Shown here: positions 50,900 to 61,865 of the stretch, in pieces
Position numbering within the stretch: the first letter of the stretch is position 1
How the letters are laid out: every line of letters begins with the position of its first letter
Assembly: GCA_965112155.1 (NCBI GenBank)
Contig: OZ218107.1
Reading direction: 5' to 3' (one strand)
DNA from: Podarcis liolepis
Taxonomy: Eukaryota
Length of the DNA: 64,000 bases
Notes under the pieces: model-generated
What the model saw: the letters and a program-made list of their open reading frames with translations, nothing else
Database searches by the model: none
Told to the model about the DNA's origin: nothing
Translations under genes and position numbers: made by a program

Positions 50900-52224
50900 T
50901 ACGTTTATATTGAGGTATCTTCAAGTGATCAGAGACAGTCCCAGAGAACAATAACCATTAGTGCCCTATGTATTGCAGCCACTAGGAACAGAAAGGATGC
51001 TTGATATCATGTGAATGGATGAAATCACTCAGAAAGCAGGTTTTCTTCTGCTGCTTTGGCTGGTCCTGCTACACACCCTCTTTGAATGCTTTTATCTAGC
51101 CACTGTGTGTCCTTGAACTGTGATAATGTATCTTGCTTGCCAAGGTGGAGTATGGAGGTGTTTGTAGATATCAGGGGCAAGTGACAGGAGCAGATCAGTA
51201 ATAACTCACATGACACCACAACTTTTTATTCAAAGAAGCAAACAGCTCAAGAGGTCAGGCCTAGTGAGCACAGCAACTCTTCTTGATAGGTCTTGCCCCA
51301 ATGAGGCAGTTGTGAGGACTGAAGGTCCCTGCCTTCCCACAGGGAAGGCCTAAGCTGCCTCATCTTCCTCTGGGTTCTCCCAAGGCAATCTGAGATTCTG
51401 TTGATGCATCTGTCTCTGCTACACCCTCTTCATACCTCTTCTGGTCTTGGGAGACCATGTGACCCCTAGAAGATTGCCCATCACGGAATGTGCCACTTAG
51501 GCAGAATAAGGTTCCAACCCCTGGCATAAGAGCCTGAGACAGGAGACCCTTGTAAGAGTAGAACACAACAAAAGTCCACAGTGAGTATGTATTAAGGGGG
51601 GGGGGGGGACAGCCACTATTTACACATGCTGTATTGTTTTTAACACTTGATTGGGAGTCGCCCAGAGTGGCTGGGGAAACTCAGCCAGATGGGTGGGGTA
51701 TAAATAATAAATTATTATTATTATTATTATTATGCATTTTGCCTTAATGAATACTCTTCATTATGAAGTATGAAGTAGTGTTAGAAGACCATCTTTGATG
51801 CTTTAGTTTTTATCTTCTAACTGAAACTCTACAATAGTTTCAACATGTAAATATGTGCTTAATTTTCAATTCTGTGTCCTCCAGATAAATCAACTGATGC
51901 TTTGCTTGATTAATCTGCCAATTAAACTTTTTAAAGTCTACCAACAGCAATAATTATAAAAATAGTTGTATTAAATGTCATTGTTTAGATATGTTTTCCT
52001 CCCTTATATTCATAATTATAAAACAATTTTTTAAAGCTTTTGCGAAAGGTAAAGCTGGCTGCATCTATGAATCAATGCATCACAACTGGTGATTTGGGTT
52101 GTTGCAACCTGGTCCTATGAGTAATGTAAAAAGCAGAGCCAAACGCAAGCTGCTTTCTAGTCTGTGTAAATAAAAGGAAACCCCAGCAGTACTTGCTCAA
52201 TTGGCCTCGTTGCTCTGTCCACAG

Positions 52225-52350
52225 ATGCTGATGAATGTGCTGAAGGAAGGCATTACTGTCGGGAAAATACCATGTGTGTAAACACACCAGGATCATTCAT
52301 GTGCATCTGTAAAACAGGTTACATCAGGATTGATGATTACTCATGTACAG
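52225..52350 (+). CDS. NELL2: NELL2 exon 13 equivalent, calcium-binding-type EGF2
   Basis: ccacag|...|gtaaga; (D)ADECAEGRHYCRENTMCVNTPGSFMCICKTGYIRIDDYSCT; 126 bp. Confidence 0.98.
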
Positions 52351-55300
52351 GTAAGAGACAGCAGTTAGTCAGTGAAAAGTCTCCATATTTCCAATGTATT
52401 GAAAACGCTGCTTTGCTTATGGATAACAGCACTTTTAATTCCTGAATGGGAAGCGGCAGAATGGAGTGGTGTCATAGCTGTTCACATCACAAATCCTGCT
52501 TTTTAGCCTGGCCACATCAGAAGGTGGGAACGCTTTCGTCTTCTTGTTTTGCTGCAAAACCCCCCCAGGCTGGCATAGCTGAAAAGCCCAAACGGCTTTA
52601 GCTCCAACAGATTTAAAGTCACCAGTGCCTGCCTTGCCCCAAGACACCCTTTTTTGAGGAGAACAACCAGTAGCCAGGGGTGTACCTAGGGGTTGGCTAG
52701 GTTGGCCCCTGCCCAGGGGGATGCAAAAATTGTGCCTCTTAGCTCTGGCTCGGAGTGGCTGCTTGTGTGGTTCTCAAGCTCTTTCCTCCACTGCTCTGGG
52801 TGGCTGGGCAATACATGTAGGCTCCTCTGACAAGGGAGCAAGGGACAGAGGATGCCAATTCAGCTCCTTGTGAAGGGTGCAAGGGTGCCTAAGTAGGCTG
52901 GTGGTAGCTTCCTGCCTTGTTGGGTGCAGTAGAGTCCACTACAGAGTGCAGCTTAGTGGAGAGTCAGTTCCAGTTTATCCTAACCCCATCTAGTGCACTC
53001 ACAGGGAAAGCAGACCCCAGACTTTCTTACTTCCTTCCAGGATCTGCTGGAAGGAAGTAAGAAAGTTAGTTCATTTAAAAAGTTTCCTAAGCGACAGCTA
53101 CCGTGAATCTAGCCCCAAATCAATTTGGTGGCAGGGCAAATGTTTAATTAGGTTTTTAATTGGGAGGGGGGAGGCAGAAGGAAACATTGCATCTTATTCC
53201 TCTTCCCCTGACTACACTGGAAGTAAGAGGGGTCAATCCTGCTGTGTGCTGTCTCCCCAGAACCTTCTCTGTGGAAACATGCTGGCAATACAGATTCCTG
53301 CAACCAGCAGGATTGAGTCCTCCACTCACCAACTGGTGAGCAGATGACTCAATCCTGCTTAGGGTCTGCTTTCCCTGTGAGGGAATACATGGAATCTGTC
53401 TTCCTCTCCTTTTTTTCACTGACGGACCTCCCTCTGACAGCCCCAGGTTTCTCCAGGCAGCCTGATGTGGGGTGATCCAGGGCTGTTTCCACCTAACCCC
53501 GGTGAAGCCTGGATCCCACCCTTCCTGTTTAGTATAGGATGTAACAAATCCAGTGCACAGCCCTAGTATATGCGCATACTATAGCCTTATCTGGGTTATA
53601 CCAGATTGTATATCATGCATGTGTGATGATGTCATCATCTAATACCACCATTATGAGTCCTTTATAGGTCTGCCCTGAGGGGCACAGTGGTGTTCCATAT
53701 AGACTGCAGTTGTGCAGATCATGAGATCAATTAGTAAATTATTTGCATACTTGCTTTTAATTGCATAGATATATGTTTCTGTGATATCACAATTATATGT
53801 TGCTGTGGAAAGCTAATAATATATATAACTCATTTACTGGTTTCACAAACCATCAATAAATTGAACCCTATACTTGTTTCCTTTAAACTGCCTAGAAGCA
53901 ATTATAAGCTGAATTGAATAAGTGACTTGAAATGAAAATAATACAACACTTGAAATGGTAGTTTGTTGGAACTCATTAGAAGTTCCTTAACTCAAACTGA
54001 AATATAAATTTGGTTACGAACTGCAAGTTATTTTCATATAAACTATAAATCTTGGTAACACAACAATAAAACTGTTATGGCTGTGAAGAGATTAAATTAT
54101 AAGAGAAGTTTTTAAGCAGCTATTATGCTGCAATTTGCTTAATGACGACTGAGAGCATTTACAAATACAACCACGATCCGTGTTTACAATGATTACTGAA
54201 AAGGAAGAGCAGTTCCATTTGAGAGTACCAAATGCCTTTGACCTTATGTTTTGCAGAATACATCAAAGTAGCATTTGCAAAAATGTTACATAAATATACT
54301 TCTTCCTCATCAACATATTAAAGTGAATGATGTCAAACCAGATGCACAGTTCTTCATAGTTGAGAACAGGAACAGTTGCAGAGGTGGCCTTTTAGATTGG
54401 TCCCAAGCTTGTTGCTATGCTACAAGGTTACCAGAAAAGCTGCAAAAGTCAGCATGCTATACTTGTGAAATCCTGAACATAGAATCTTTGTTAAATCTAG
54501 TAGCATTATTAATGGAAAGCAAAGAGGGTGGTTTTTCATACTTCCATTTTTTTTAAATGAAACCCAAACCTTTTATTTTTTTTAAAAAAACCAATGTTTC
54601 CTAATTTCATTTTTTCTTCCCAAGCCCAGTGCAGCTGGGAGCAGCTGTTTATAGCATCCAATTATAACGGGACCTGTTTCTTTCTTTGTCTTGTTAACAC
54701 ACCTGCTCTCTCTGCCCCCATACCTATTAATCAAGCTGTTCTGGAACCCAGATGCCGTCTTGTTCACTGCCACAGCCAGCTTTAATGCAAGTTTAGGTCT
54801 CTAAGGGTTTCTGTCTGGTACTTGCCAAATGAAGGAACACCCTATAAATCTGCACACAATAGGGAAGGTGAGAGCTGTAGAAACCAGCTGTCCCCCAGTG
54901 AGGCAAATAATAATAATAATAAGTGGGAGAGAAGAGCTTTGAGCAAAGCAGGCAATTTTTTAAAAAGCAGGTTTTCCATGTGGGCGCTTGCATAAATTGT
55001 GGAGAACAGGAATGAAAAGGGCAAGAATAATACGTTTTAGCCAGTGCAATGATACACTTTTAAGATACAGGACTGAGACATTGTTTAGATTAGTAACTGT
55101 TGAATGGATTCTTTAAAAATGGTATTGTTGACCTGCAAGGGAGTAATAATTATCACAATTTACATATGTGTGTGTGTTTGTGTGTGTGGAGAGAGAGCCT
55201 TTAGCACAAACTGCTGAACTTATGGTTGGTGTCAGCCATGTTTTCGGATGAGTACTTTCACTCAGCAGCCACCCGCATTCGTAGAATCAGTTTGTTTTGC

Positions 55301-55375
55301 ATGGGAGCCCCTTGGTTGTGGGGCTGCATACAAAAGTATGATAAGTTTGTCAGTTCTTTGGTTAAGATATTGATA

Positions 55376-55707
55376 CAGTGGTGCCCCGCAAGACGAATGC
55401 CTCGCAAGACGGAAAACTCGCTAGACGAAAGAGTTTTCTGTTTTGGAGGTGCTTCGCAAGACGATTTTCCTATGGGCTTGCTTCGCAAGACGACAATGCC
55501 TTGCGAGTTCCTGCGGGTTTTTCCCCCTCCCCCCCTTTCCAAAGCCGCTAAGCCGCTTATCAGCTGATCCGATCAGCAGATAAGCCGCTAAAAGCCGCTA
55601 ATAGCGCTAATCCGCTAATCCGTCAATGGGCTTGCTTCGCAAGACGAAAAACCGCTAGACGAAGAGAATCACAGAATGGATTATTTTCGTCTTGCGAGGC
55701 ACCACTG
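55376..55707 (-). mobile_element. Same Tigger-like MITE family, opposite orientation
   Basis: TA TSD; CAGTGGTGCCCCGCAAGACGAA...TTCGTCTTGCGAGGCACCACTG; GCCGCTAA repeats. Confidence 0.9.
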
Positions 55708-56782
55708 TACACAGACTGCTTTCATTTGTCAGAAGTGGGGTTTTTATTTTTTTGTCCTTTAGAATAAAATTGCAAAGTGACTCTTCAAACTCATATTGAG
55801 TGTGTTTGCGCATACAGTTAATGTTAAACAATGCAGCGTTTAAACAATATGGCCTTATTATCTCTGACATCTCTTAATGTCTGTTTTAAATGCCAACAAA
55901 GATCACTAGTTGCCTGGTAATTTATTCTGAGTTTCTGGCAAATGTGCTCATCTGACACTTCAAATGCTACTTCACATTCTGCTGCTATAAAACCCCTTAC
56001 TAATTTCATTATGGTTTCATGTTCATTTGAAAATGGTGTGTGTGTGTCATCTCAAGCATTGTAATCCAATGATCATGATGGTGACACATTCCTGTTAATC
56101 AGCAGCAGCCCATTTGGGTGTCCCTACTGTTTACAAGTAAGGCAGGATAGTGGCAAGACTGGGACTACATATCCACACTAGTGGAGCTGCTGAAGTTTGT
56201 ACTTCCTAGCTATCACAACAGATGGGCTTTTGGACATGTATGCAAGAAAAACAAGTCACTGTGATCTACTTAAGCTGTAGAATGCTCCAAAGATTCCCTC
56301 AGATACCGGTACCCTTTTTTGTAGAAATGTGTCATAACACATAAAACGTAAAATCTGACACTATCATCAGAAAATAGGAAGGTATAATGGAGGTCCATCT
56401 GGACTGAGATGAGGGATAGCACAAAGTTGGAATAGATATTGCTCTGGGGCTGCTGTCTAAGGCTGTGAAGGCAGGAGAAGCTGTAGGCAGATAAAATCTG
56501 TGGCCATTTGTTTACTTACTATACTTTACACCCTGCCTTTCCTCTGGGAAGCTCAAGGTGGAGTACAGGGTTTGCATACCCATCCTTTTATCCTTACATC
56601 CCTATATGCAAGCCTGAGAAAATCAGTAACTGCATACCCCTCAACCATCCCACTTGAGTGGGACATCTTGGAATGTCCTGGGTATTTTTTTTTGGTCCAG
56701 TGCTCTGGCACGAGTCAGCTGGTTTGCACCAGAGCACTGGACCAAAAGACACTTGTTTTTGGTCTTACGCGCTGGCACAAAT

Positions 56783-57289
56783 TGTAGCCTCATTAGACTT
56801 TACCGATTGGTGGGCTCTGCGTTGCTCCCGGACGGGAGGAAGGAAGTCAAATGACACCGAGGGTTGGTTCAGAGAAAGAGTTCTTTATTTCTGCTCTCCG
56901 GAGCAGCAGAAAGGCACTTGTGTGGTCAGTCCACAGCAAGTCCAAAGAAATGAGAAGTTTCATGCAGTATATATATCCTCCAGGCACCCTCTCCCCCTTC
57001 CCCAGGAATCCAGCCACGTCAGCTTGTACACGCAGGTTGACATCACAGATGTTCCTGCTCTGGTACTCTTAACCATAAAAGGGTTTTCCTTCCTGTACTC
57101 CTGACCATAAAAGGGAATTCCTGTTCCATAATCTTATCTTGGAGCAGGAGGTCACCAACTCCAAGAACACACTCTGGCGCTGTTCCCAGACTAGGTCTGT
57201 GCGTCAGAGTGTGGTTAGGATGTAAGATAAGACCTAGACGTGTCATCCCTACTCCACTGGAACAGCCAAGGTCATCCATTGCTGTCACA
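56783..57289 (-). mobile_element. Possible solo LTR
   Basis: Minus strand TGTGACA...TATATATA...AATAAAG...CTACA; TG..CA ends but no clear TSD, boundaries uncertain. Confidence 0.4.
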
Positions 57290-58896
57290 GACTGATAAAG
57301 GAGAGAGCCTTGTTTATACAGCTGTGTTCTTGTTATGCATTTGCTCAACAGCTCAAGTTAATGCATTTTAGAAATGCTCCCTTGGAGAAAGAATAAAAGG
57401 GGGGTTTTGGGTCCTGTTTCAAACTGACTGCACAGAAACCCATTCCTTCAAAATCAGCTTGCTCCACGAGAGCTCAGGACCAAAAAATTATGAGTGTCTC
57501 AATTGATCAATGGGATGGTGGAAGGTATGTGACTGGCCAAAAATCATCCAGCGAACTTCATAGCTGAGGGGGGAATTTGAACCCTGGCCTCTCAAGTCCT
57601 AGTTAAAAACTGTAACCCCCACAACACACTGGCTCTCTGAGGATAAATTTGTTTTGAATATTTTTTGTGCATGTGTGGATTCAGTATAAAGTACTTTGAA
57701 CATACGTACATTCCAGATTTTGCTAGGTTCCAACTCACATCAGCCTTAGCCAGCATGGCCAATAGTCAGGAATGGTGGGAGTTGTAGTCCAACAATATCT
57801 GAAGGCCAGAGATTCTCCATTCCTGGTATAAATATGTAGAATTTTGTCTGAATTCAATAGCGCTAAGCTAAGAAAGCATGATGAGACAATAAACAATGGT
57901 TTGACCTCAATGGAGAGATCATATTTAAACAGGATTTTTTCTTATACATAAACATTTGTTTAGCTAATTTCTTTTGGTCTTTACCATTCATTCACATGTA
58001 AAGTCTTTGTATTGTTTGTGTTCATAACCCCAATGACATGTCAGATGAAAATAGATGATGGCTAATTAGCTTGCAAATTGATGTTAAAATGATAGGAATT
58101 TGTTTGTTTAAAAAGCAGTGAATTTACATGGCTTTCATCAGTATTGGTCTTTAATTAATGGGATTTCAGGAAATCAGTATCCGCATAACGATATTACAAG
58201 CACGTTGAGGTTAGGATTGCACTGACAAGATAAGAAGCAGAGTCTCATAAAGTGATCACCAGGGGAAAATATATTGTCAGTAACAGTAATTACAGCAGGT
58301 AATTGTGTCATTTGCTCTGTTTCAGTCCACTGAGCAATGAACCTACCAGCTGCAACATGCTTTCCCCCCTTTGATCTTCAGGGTTTTAGAAAATCTCACA
58401 CAGCTTAGTAATGAAGATAAATGCTAAGAACATCTGACATTGTATAGATAGGTAGATCTCAAATTAATTGGATTGATTCCTTGGAAAAACGACTTTCCTC
58501 TTAGATATGTATTTTTATTCATGGTTTTCATCGCTTAATCAATGTGTATGTTTATTAATGAAATATTGCTTTTTGGGGGGCCAGTGATTTTGTTAAAATG
58601 TCATATTAAATAATACCTGGATTGGACTGAGAAGAATTAATTTCAGGAAAATTAATTTGGGATCTGATTTAGCCAAAGTTACATACATATTTAATTACTT
58701 CTATCTACCGACATATTAAAAACATTGTGATAGTGTAGGATTTAGGGGCCTACTGGCTTTCTGGAAGATTGATTGCAGATATCCATGGCTCATCAGGTCT
58801 TCAAAGTATCAAACAGGTCTTGCTACAGGTTGCTAGTGAGGCCTACACAATAATTAATGGAAACTTGCAGAATATTCTGGGAATGGAAACTAAAGC

Positions 58897-59315
58897 TTAT
58901 AAACAGGTGTTGAAGATTACACTCAAACTCTTAACGGACGGTGCTGGCGCTAATTGTGCCCCCACAAGTGATGGGAGTTGCCCCCCCAATCCCATATCGT
59001 CCCGACCCAGCCAAAGGACCTCTGTCTTCGAAGGATTTAACTTCAACCGACTCCCACGTAACCATCTGGCCACAGCTTCCAAACATCTGATCAGTGTGTC
59101 TGGGGCCGAGTCAGGATGGCCGTCCATCAACAGGTAGAGTTGTGTGTCATCAGCATACTGATGGCAGCCCAACCCAAAACTCCAGACAAGCTGGGCAAGG
59201 GGGGGCATAAAGACGTTGAAAAGCGTCGGGGAGAGTATCGCACCCTGCGGCACTCTACACGCCAAGGAGTGGTGCGACGACAGTCCCTCCCTCCAGCGCC
59301 ACCCTCTGTCCCCTG
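58897..59315 (-). mobile_element. L2/CR1-clade LINE reverse-transcriptase fragment
   Basis: VPQGAILSPTLFNVFM...CHQYADDTQLY...KLNPSKTEVL RT motifs; truncated at both ends, with a frameshift near 59285. Confidence 0.92.
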
Positions 59316-60144
59316 AAATTTATCTGAGAGATAGTAAACCTGATTTAGAAATAATTTGTGGAAATAGCTTCCTTGCTCTTAATGAACATATATGCAAATC
59401 CAAACCTGCAAATTATTGCAGATGTCTTGCAGTTTTATTTCTTTGAAGTGTTATAAAAGTGTAATTCAGTGACCACCAAAGCCAATATTGCTTTGCCAAA
59501 GTCAATGTAATGGACACTGAATCAATTTGTAAAAAACTTTAAATCCTAAACTACCGATTCTCCAAACCAATGCAAACCTAAAATGAAAAACACACTTAAT
59601 GCTGCTGATGTTTTTGATTTATGCTCTTTTAAAACATCTATGAAGGTAACAGAAAGTGCATGGCATAATATCTGCAAAATCAAATGAATTCTGGTTTTAT
59701 TCTTACTTCTCGCTTGAATAGCCAGTGGTTGGTTTTAAGTGTGATTTTTTTCTGATTCGTCACCTAAGCCATGCACAGCATTCTGTCTGCTCCCTTGGAA
59801 GAAAAATGGCATGTAAAAATAATCAATGAAGAAGAGCAAATATATCATTTTGTGTATTTAGGCCTTGGTTACAGATGAGTATGAGTTCCTTAAAGCAGTG
59901 CTTCTCAAGCAAAATATTGATCTGCACATATGTTTATGGAAAAAAGAAAAGGAGTGATACCACTCCTCGACTTTCAAAGGAGTACTTGCCAAAGGTTGTC
60001 AGTATTGTAGTCTGCTGCTTGTTCCTCTATTAACGATGTAATTGATACAGTTACTGGACTTACAATAATTCTGAGACTAAGGAATTAGATAAATGTGAAA
60101 AATAAATATTCTCACACTTCCGCCTTCCTTTTTGAATAAAATTA

Positions 60145-60729
60145 CCGTATTTTTCGCACTATAGGACGCACTTTTCCCCCTCCAAAAATGAAGGGGAAAT
60201 GTATTTGCGTCCTATGGAGTGAATGCAGGCTTTTGCTGAAGCCTGGAGAGCGCACTGACCCCTCTCACTCTCCAGGCTTCAGGCAGCTATCCGCAAGCCT
60301 TCGGAGCGCGGCGGGAGTTCCTGGCGGGCTCAGAAGGCTTGCTGATAGCAGCAAGCTCCGGGAGCGAAGGCGAGGTTGCGCGCCACCTCGCCCCCGCTCC
60401 CTGACCCGTTCTGGGGGCTGGGGTGGGGGAAGCTCGGGCTTCCCCCGCCCCAGCCCCGCGGCTAAAAAGGAAGCCAAGACAGCGAGTGGGATCCATCCTG
60501 CTGGCTATCTTGGCTTCTGCCAAAGCCGCACGCAGCCTCTCCCGGCTGGAGAGGTTGTGTGTGGCTAAAGAGGCAGCCAAGACAGCCAGCGGGATGGATC
60601 CTGCTGGCTGTCTTGGCTTCTTTGCTCTTTGGGGCTGGGGGGGGGAATAATTCCCCCCCCTTTATTTCCTCCCCAAAAAAACTAGGTGTGCCCTATGGTC
60701 CGGTACGCAATATAGAGCGAAAAATACGG
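60145..60729. mobile_element. Tc2/pogo-like MITE, GC-rich
   Basis: TA TSD; TIR CCGTATTTTTCGCACTATA / TATAGAGCGAAAAATACGG. Confidence 0.88.
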
Positions 60730-60806
60730 TAGATTCATTTTATAAAGATGCCAGAATGTTACATTACTTTAGGTTCAACGTCTTTATTGCAATAATACCT
60801 CCCCAT

Positions 60807-61063
60807 CTGTGCAATGTTCTCTCCAGGGGGGTTCACCTGGTGCCTTCATTATATACCTTTAGGAACCAGGCAGAAATGTTCCTCTTTAGCCAGCCCTTTG
60901 GCTGATTGACATCCAGTGCCCTGTGTTGGGGAGAGTGGGGGTTATTGGGTTGTTTTTGTTTTTATTATGTATTTTGTGTTTTTGTATTATGATTTTATGT
61001 TGTAACCATCCTGAGACTTCCAGGTATAGGGCTGTATACAAATTTAATAAATAAAAATAAAAC
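60807..61063 (+). mobile_element. L2 LINE 3' end
   Basis: Homologous to 39097-39432; TGTAACCATCCTGAG..ATACAAATTTAATAAATAAA tail. Confidence 0.7.
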
Positions 61064-61261
61064 AATTCATGTGGGTGTTAATATAAACTATGGAATGCAG
61101 CCCCACAAGCTGTAGTGCACGTATTTGTTTTTGAAAAAAATTATTGTTTTAAACTGTTTTTAATATTGACACTGTGTTTTAATTGTTGTAACCTGTCCTG
61201 GGACCTTAGAGTAAGGCAATAAATTGCAATAATAACAATTGCAGCAGCAACAACAACAGGT

Positions 61262-61865
61262 GCTAACTTGGATGGCTTTAAAACAGGGGTCAGCAAACTT
61301 TTTCAGCAGGGGGCTGGTCCACTGTCCCTCAGACCTTGTGGGGGGCCGGACTATATTTTTTTTGGGGGGGGGAGGGAACAAATTCCTATGCCCCACAAAT
61401 AACCCAGAGGTGCATTTTAAATAAAAGCACACATTCTACTCATGTAAAAACACCAGGCAGGCCCCACAAATAACCCAGAGATGCATTTTAAATAAAAGGA
61501 TACATTCTACTCATGTAAAAACACGCAGATTCCTGGACCATCCACGGGCTGGATTGAGAAGCCGATTGGACTGGATCCGGCCCTGGGCCTTAGTTTGCCT
61601 ATCCATGCTTTAAAAGATTAGGCCAATTTACAGTGTATAGGGCTATGAATGCCTTCTGGCCCTGCTGACTATATGTTGTATCTCCACTGTTGGAGGCAGT
61701 ATGCCTCTGAAGAGCAATTACTGGGAACCACAAGTGGTGAAAGTGCTGTTGCACTCAGGTCTAGCTAGCAAGCCTCCCATTGGCATCTGGTTATCCACTG
61801 TGAGAACAAGATGTTGGACTATAAATGACCTTTGCTTTGATCCAGTATGGTGGTTCTTAAGTTCA
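61262..61865 (+). mobile_element. CR1-like LINE 3' end, interrupted by the hAT MITE
   Basis: AACTTGGATGGCTTTAAAA[hAT]GATTAG...GGCATCTGGTT..CACTGTGAGAACA..GATCCAG..TTCTTAAGTTC; a minus-strand relative lies at 24140-24370. Confidence 0.6.
61284..61607 (+). mobile_element. hAT MITE with internal ~71-bp tandem duplication
   Basis: CAGGGGTCAGCAAACT ... AGTTTGCCTATCCATG; perfect TSD CTTTAAAA (61276-83, 61608-15); duplicated unit 61391-61461 and 61462-~61524. Confidence 0.88.

Noticed and set aside
51165-51570. Second solo LTR (minus-strand AATAAAAAGTTGTGG)
   Set aside because: Ends and TSD could not be defined; evidence too weak to list
9819-52350. NELL1 instead of NELL2
   Set aside because: The peptides (QKLRNKHEFTIL, DFHGLVQKIMELQDILAKTSAKLSRAEQRM, FRALREDNAYCE) match the recalled NELL2 sequence
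60188-60650. 126 aa and overlapping ORFs
   Set aside because: Inside a GC-rich MITE; no transposase motifs
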